From NCBI GenBank assembly GCA_964565125.1, contig CAZMCX010000015.1, forward strand, positions 1-6,408: a stretch of 6,408 nucleotides of DNA, read 5' to 3'. Position 1 is the first letter of the stretch, and every line of letters starts with the position of its first letter. The translations under genes were made by a program, and so were the position numbers. The notes beneath the pieces are model-generated. The model did no database searches. It was given only the letters and a program-made list of their open reading frames with translations, and was not told the origin of the DNA. The DNA is from an uncultured archaeon. Lineage in GTDB: Archaea; Iainarchaeota; Iainarchaeia; Iainarchaeales; 0-14-0-20-30-16. Positions 4,845 through 6,408 of the stretch are shown piece after piece.

Positions 4845-5108
4845 ATGTATTATATTTTAGTTTCTGGAAAAGTCCAAGGAGTTTTTTTTAGGGCTTTTGC
4901 TAAAGAGAAAGCAGATCTTTTTGGAATTAGGGGATATGCAAAAAATCTTGAAAATGGGAAGCTTGAAATCTGTGCAGTAGGTAGTACTAATTTATTGGAT
5001 AGATTTGTGGATTACATAAAGAAGGGGCCTTCTGGCGCAGAAGTAACTGATGTTATGGTTAAAGAAAGAACAGATAAACCTTTTAGGTTATTTGAAATCC
5101 TGTATTAA
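4845..5108 (+). CDS. acyP: acylphosphatase
   Basis: The signature VSGKVQGVFFRAFAKEKADLFGIRGYAKNLENGKLEICAVG contains both acylphosphatase motifs, V.G.VQGV.FR and G.v.N...G.V. The size of about 87-90 aa is right for this family. The start is ambiguous among GTG 4836 (track), GTG 4842 and ATG 4845. I chose the ATG, which lies 4 nt after GTGAT. The gene starts 6-15 nt after the MetRS-beta gene, so it is probably co-transcribed. Confidence 0.88.
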   Translation: MYYILVSGKVQGVFFRAFAKEKADLFGIRGYAKNLENGKLEICAVGSTNLLDRFVDYIKKGPSGAEVTDVMVKERTDKPFRLFEILY

Positions 5109-5908
5109 TTTAGCTTGCAGACTTCCTTAATCTCTGTTATTATATTATTTATTTCTAAACCACGTAGCCCCGTCTTTTTAATTAGCTGTTTTGTTGAATA
5201 TTTTAGTAAATCTGTTGCCATTACTATATTTTCAAAAAACAATTTCTCTTTTGTTTTGTTATCAATAGAATCAATGCTTGTTATTGGGTATAGCCTTTTG
5301 TTTTCAATTAAGAGCCTTAGGGATTCGTTTTTTGGATAATTCCAAGAAGTAATTTTCATGTTTACTCCCTTTGCATATTCAACAGCATCATCTACGCATT
5401 TTGTGTTTGTTGATAACCACGGAACATCAAACTTATTAACATCTAAAAACCTTGCATAAGTATATAGTGCAGGGTGTAGTCTTGTCGGTGTTCCGGTTTC
5501 ATTGTGGTATTTGCATTCAACCATATATGACTTGTTTTGTTTCTTTGCAATTATATCTACTTCATGTATAATTCTTCTTCCTTTGATAAAATTGTCTACT
5601 TTTGTTTCATATCCATAATTATTTAGTATTCTTGCAAAGTATTGCTCAAAAGGAAACCCAGAAGGACCTAAATTCATAATTGCTTGTTTTAGGTTATATC
5701 TTTGTGATACTCCTGGTTCTTTTTTCAAATTCTTCAGAATTAAATCTAAGATATCTTTTGTAGTAATTCCCTTGTAATATTTGCTTTTTACTAATTTTAT
5801 AGTTTCTACTGCTAATTTTTTAGATGCACCGGCTTCTGTAACTGTACTAAATATTTTTTTGGAATCAAAACCCTGAATTTCTCCCGATGCTTTAGTTACA
5901 TGCTTCAT
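5105..5908 (-). CDS. ATP-cone domain protein fused to a PD-(D/E)xK (Mrr/restriction-endonuclease-like) nuclease domain and a C-terminal HhH-like region
   Basis: The N-terminus MKHVTKASGEIQGFDSKKIFSTV...GITTKDILDLILKNL...SQRYNLKQAI fits the ATP-cone pattern (V.K..G....Fd..Ki ... it..ei.d.v...L ... a..Y). The next region, FPFEQYFARILNNYGYE...IIHEVDIIAKKQNKSYMVECKY, gives the E...D...ExK nuclease motif; ECK is encoded at 5518-5510. The C-terminal ~55 aa (ITSIDSIDNKTKEKLFFENIVMATDLL...LIKKTGLRGLEINNIITEI) look like paired helix-hairpin-helix units. The track start is TTG 5926. I prefer ATG 5908, which is a canonical ATP-cone start and lies 23 nt from the centre of the shared A/T box. Confidence 0.8.
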   Translation of the reverse strand: MKHVTKASGEIQGFDSKKIFSTVTEAGASKKLAVETIKLVKSKYYKGITTKDILDLILKNLKKEPGVSQRYNLKQAIMNLGPSGFPFEQYFARILNNYGYETKVDNFIKGRRIIHEVDIIAKKQNKSYMVECKYHNETGTPTRLHPALYTYARFLDVNKFDVPWLSTNTKCVDDAVEYAKGVNMKITSWNYPKNESLRLLIENKRLYPITSIDSIDNKTKEKLFFENIVMATDLLKYSTKQLIKKTGLRGLEINNIITEIKEVCKLN

Positions 5909-5923
5909 GCTATTATAAAATCC

Positions 5924-5938
5924 CAAAATAATAAAAAC
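5924..5938. promoter_or_regulatory. single A/T block (caaaataataaaaac) serving as a putative bidirectional TATA element for the divergent 5908(-) and 5959(+) genes
   Basis: The 50-bp intergenic region is 5909-5958. The A/T block is centred near 5931, which is 23 nt from ATG 5908 (minus) and 28 nt from ATG 5959 (plus). That spacing is consistent with two leaderless transcripts from one TATA region. No SD-like motif precedes either ATG. Confidence 0.4.
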
Positions 5939-5958
5939 CCTCTCTTTGTAAGTTATAC

Positions 5959-6399
5959 ATGGATAAAGTTACTAAAGAAAAATTAATTAAATCTGCAGTG
6001 AAAGCAATACATTATGCCTATCACCCGGTTTCCAAAAAAGGAGTTGGTGCTGCTTTGCTTACTCAGAAAGGAAACATATACAAAGGCGCTAATGTTCAGA
6101 GTGTAATATCTGGGCTTGGTGCTTGTGCAGAGATTTGTTCGGTTTATAATGCAGTTGCACATGGCGAATACTGCTTTGAAGCTATTGCAGTTGCTTTCCC
6201 ATCAGAGAAAGGAGCAAGGCCTTGCGGAGCATGCCAACAGATGCTTTTTGAGTTCTCAGAGGTTGGAAATAAGGACATAAAGATCATTTGTGTTAATGAG
6301 AAAGGAAAGGTAGTAGAAGAAACATCTATCAAGAAGTTAATGCCAAAAGGTTATGGCCCTAAAGAGTCTGGAAGAGATGTTAGTGGATATAGACAGTGA
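5959..6399 (+). CDS. cdd: cytidine/deoxycytidine deaminase-family zinc enzyme (small homotetrameric CDA / blasticidin-S-deaminase-like)
   Basis: 146 aa. The zinc and catalytic motifs CAE (GLGACAEICSV, C56/E58) and PCGAC (P88-C92) are present with the spacing typical of tetrameric CDAs. VGAALLTQKGNIYKGANV and the C-terminal KKLMPKGYG also match the family. Several usually conserved residues differ (see findings). The gene ends in TGA at 6397-6399. Confidence 0.8.
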   Translation: MDKVTKEKLIKSAVKAIHYAYHPVSKKGVGAALLTQKGNIYKGANVQSVISGLGACAEICSVYNAVAHGEYCFEAIAVAFPSEKGARPCGACQQMLFEFSEVGNKDIKIICVNEKGKVVEETSIKKLMPKGYGPKESGRDVSGYRQ

Positions 6400-6408
6400 T
6401 ATTGTGAA

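Noticed and set aside
5115-5339. 74-aa plus-strand ORF, antisense to the 3' part of the ATP-cone nuclease gene
   Set aside because: It is a hydrophobic, low-complexity mirror of the K/E/N-rich sense frame. It would have to start inside the convergent gene overlap, so it is a shadow ORF.
6144-6332. 62-aa minus-strand ORF, antisense to the deaminase gene
   Set aside because: It overlaps the CAE/PCGAC catalytic core of the plus-strand gene and has no independent support.
5105-6399. Reading the nuclease plus deaminase pair as a dedicated anti-phage nucleotide-depletion defence system
   Set aside because: Known depletion systems use dCTP deaminase or dGTPase-type enzymes with different architectures. 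Here the deaminase is a small CDA-fold housekeeping-like protein, no other defence hallmarks (ATPase, methylase, TIR/SIR2, mobile-element context) are nearby, and the flanking genes are core metabolism. I kept it only as a low-probability alternative within the findings.
1-6408. A genomic island, mobile element, CRISPR array or tRNA/rRNA genes somewhere in the window
   Set aside because: I saw no integrase, transposase or recombinase motifs, no terminal or spaced direct repeats, no G+C-rich cloverleaf-like segments and no compositional break. Gene content is mainly housekeeping, with uniform AT-richness and uniform TAA stop usage.

Overview
This is an AT-rich window (about one-third G+C by eye) that is very tightly packed. 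I count 10 supported protein genes plus one extra micro-ORF that I found by hand. Nine of the ten track genes end in TAA. I recognised no rRNA, tRNA, CRISPR array, transposase, integrase or long repeat.

Gene order:
- a small Cys-rich membrane-anchored protein (+)
- a 268-aa protein with a possible TraB/Tiki/ChaN-like motif pattern and a basic tail (+)
- an archaeal/eukaryotic-type methionyl-tRNA synthetase catalytic subunit ending in a ~144-aa poly-lysine tail (+)
- a 47-aa two-helix membrane micro-ORF missing from the ORF track (-)
- a HIT-family hydrolase (+)
- an 86-aa membrane protein (-)
- a stand-alone Trbp111/MetRS-C-terminal-type tRNA-binding domain, i.e. a MetRS beta subunit (+)
- an acylphosphatase (+)
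- an ATP-cone + PD-(D/E)xK nuclease + HhH-like fusion protein (-)
- a small homotetramer-type cytidine deaminase with substitutions at usually conserved positions (+)

The host is probably a small-genome archaeon (DPANN-like). This is inference only. The supporting signs are A/T-rich TATA-like boxes about 23-28 nt (leaderless geometry) or about 50 nt (with a GGTGAT Shine-Dalgarno) upstream of start codons, oligo-T tracts after genes, a MetRS core close to the archaeal/eukaryotic type, and a split MetRS.

I see no clear-cut novel multi-gene system. The most unusual items are the poly-lysine MetRS tail combined with the detached tRNA-binding domain, the ATP-cone-nuclease fusion that shares one bidirectional promoter with the atypical deaminase, and the possible Tiki/TraB-like protein next to a secreted Cys-rich protein. 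All family calls come from motif recognition by eye. No database search was possible.
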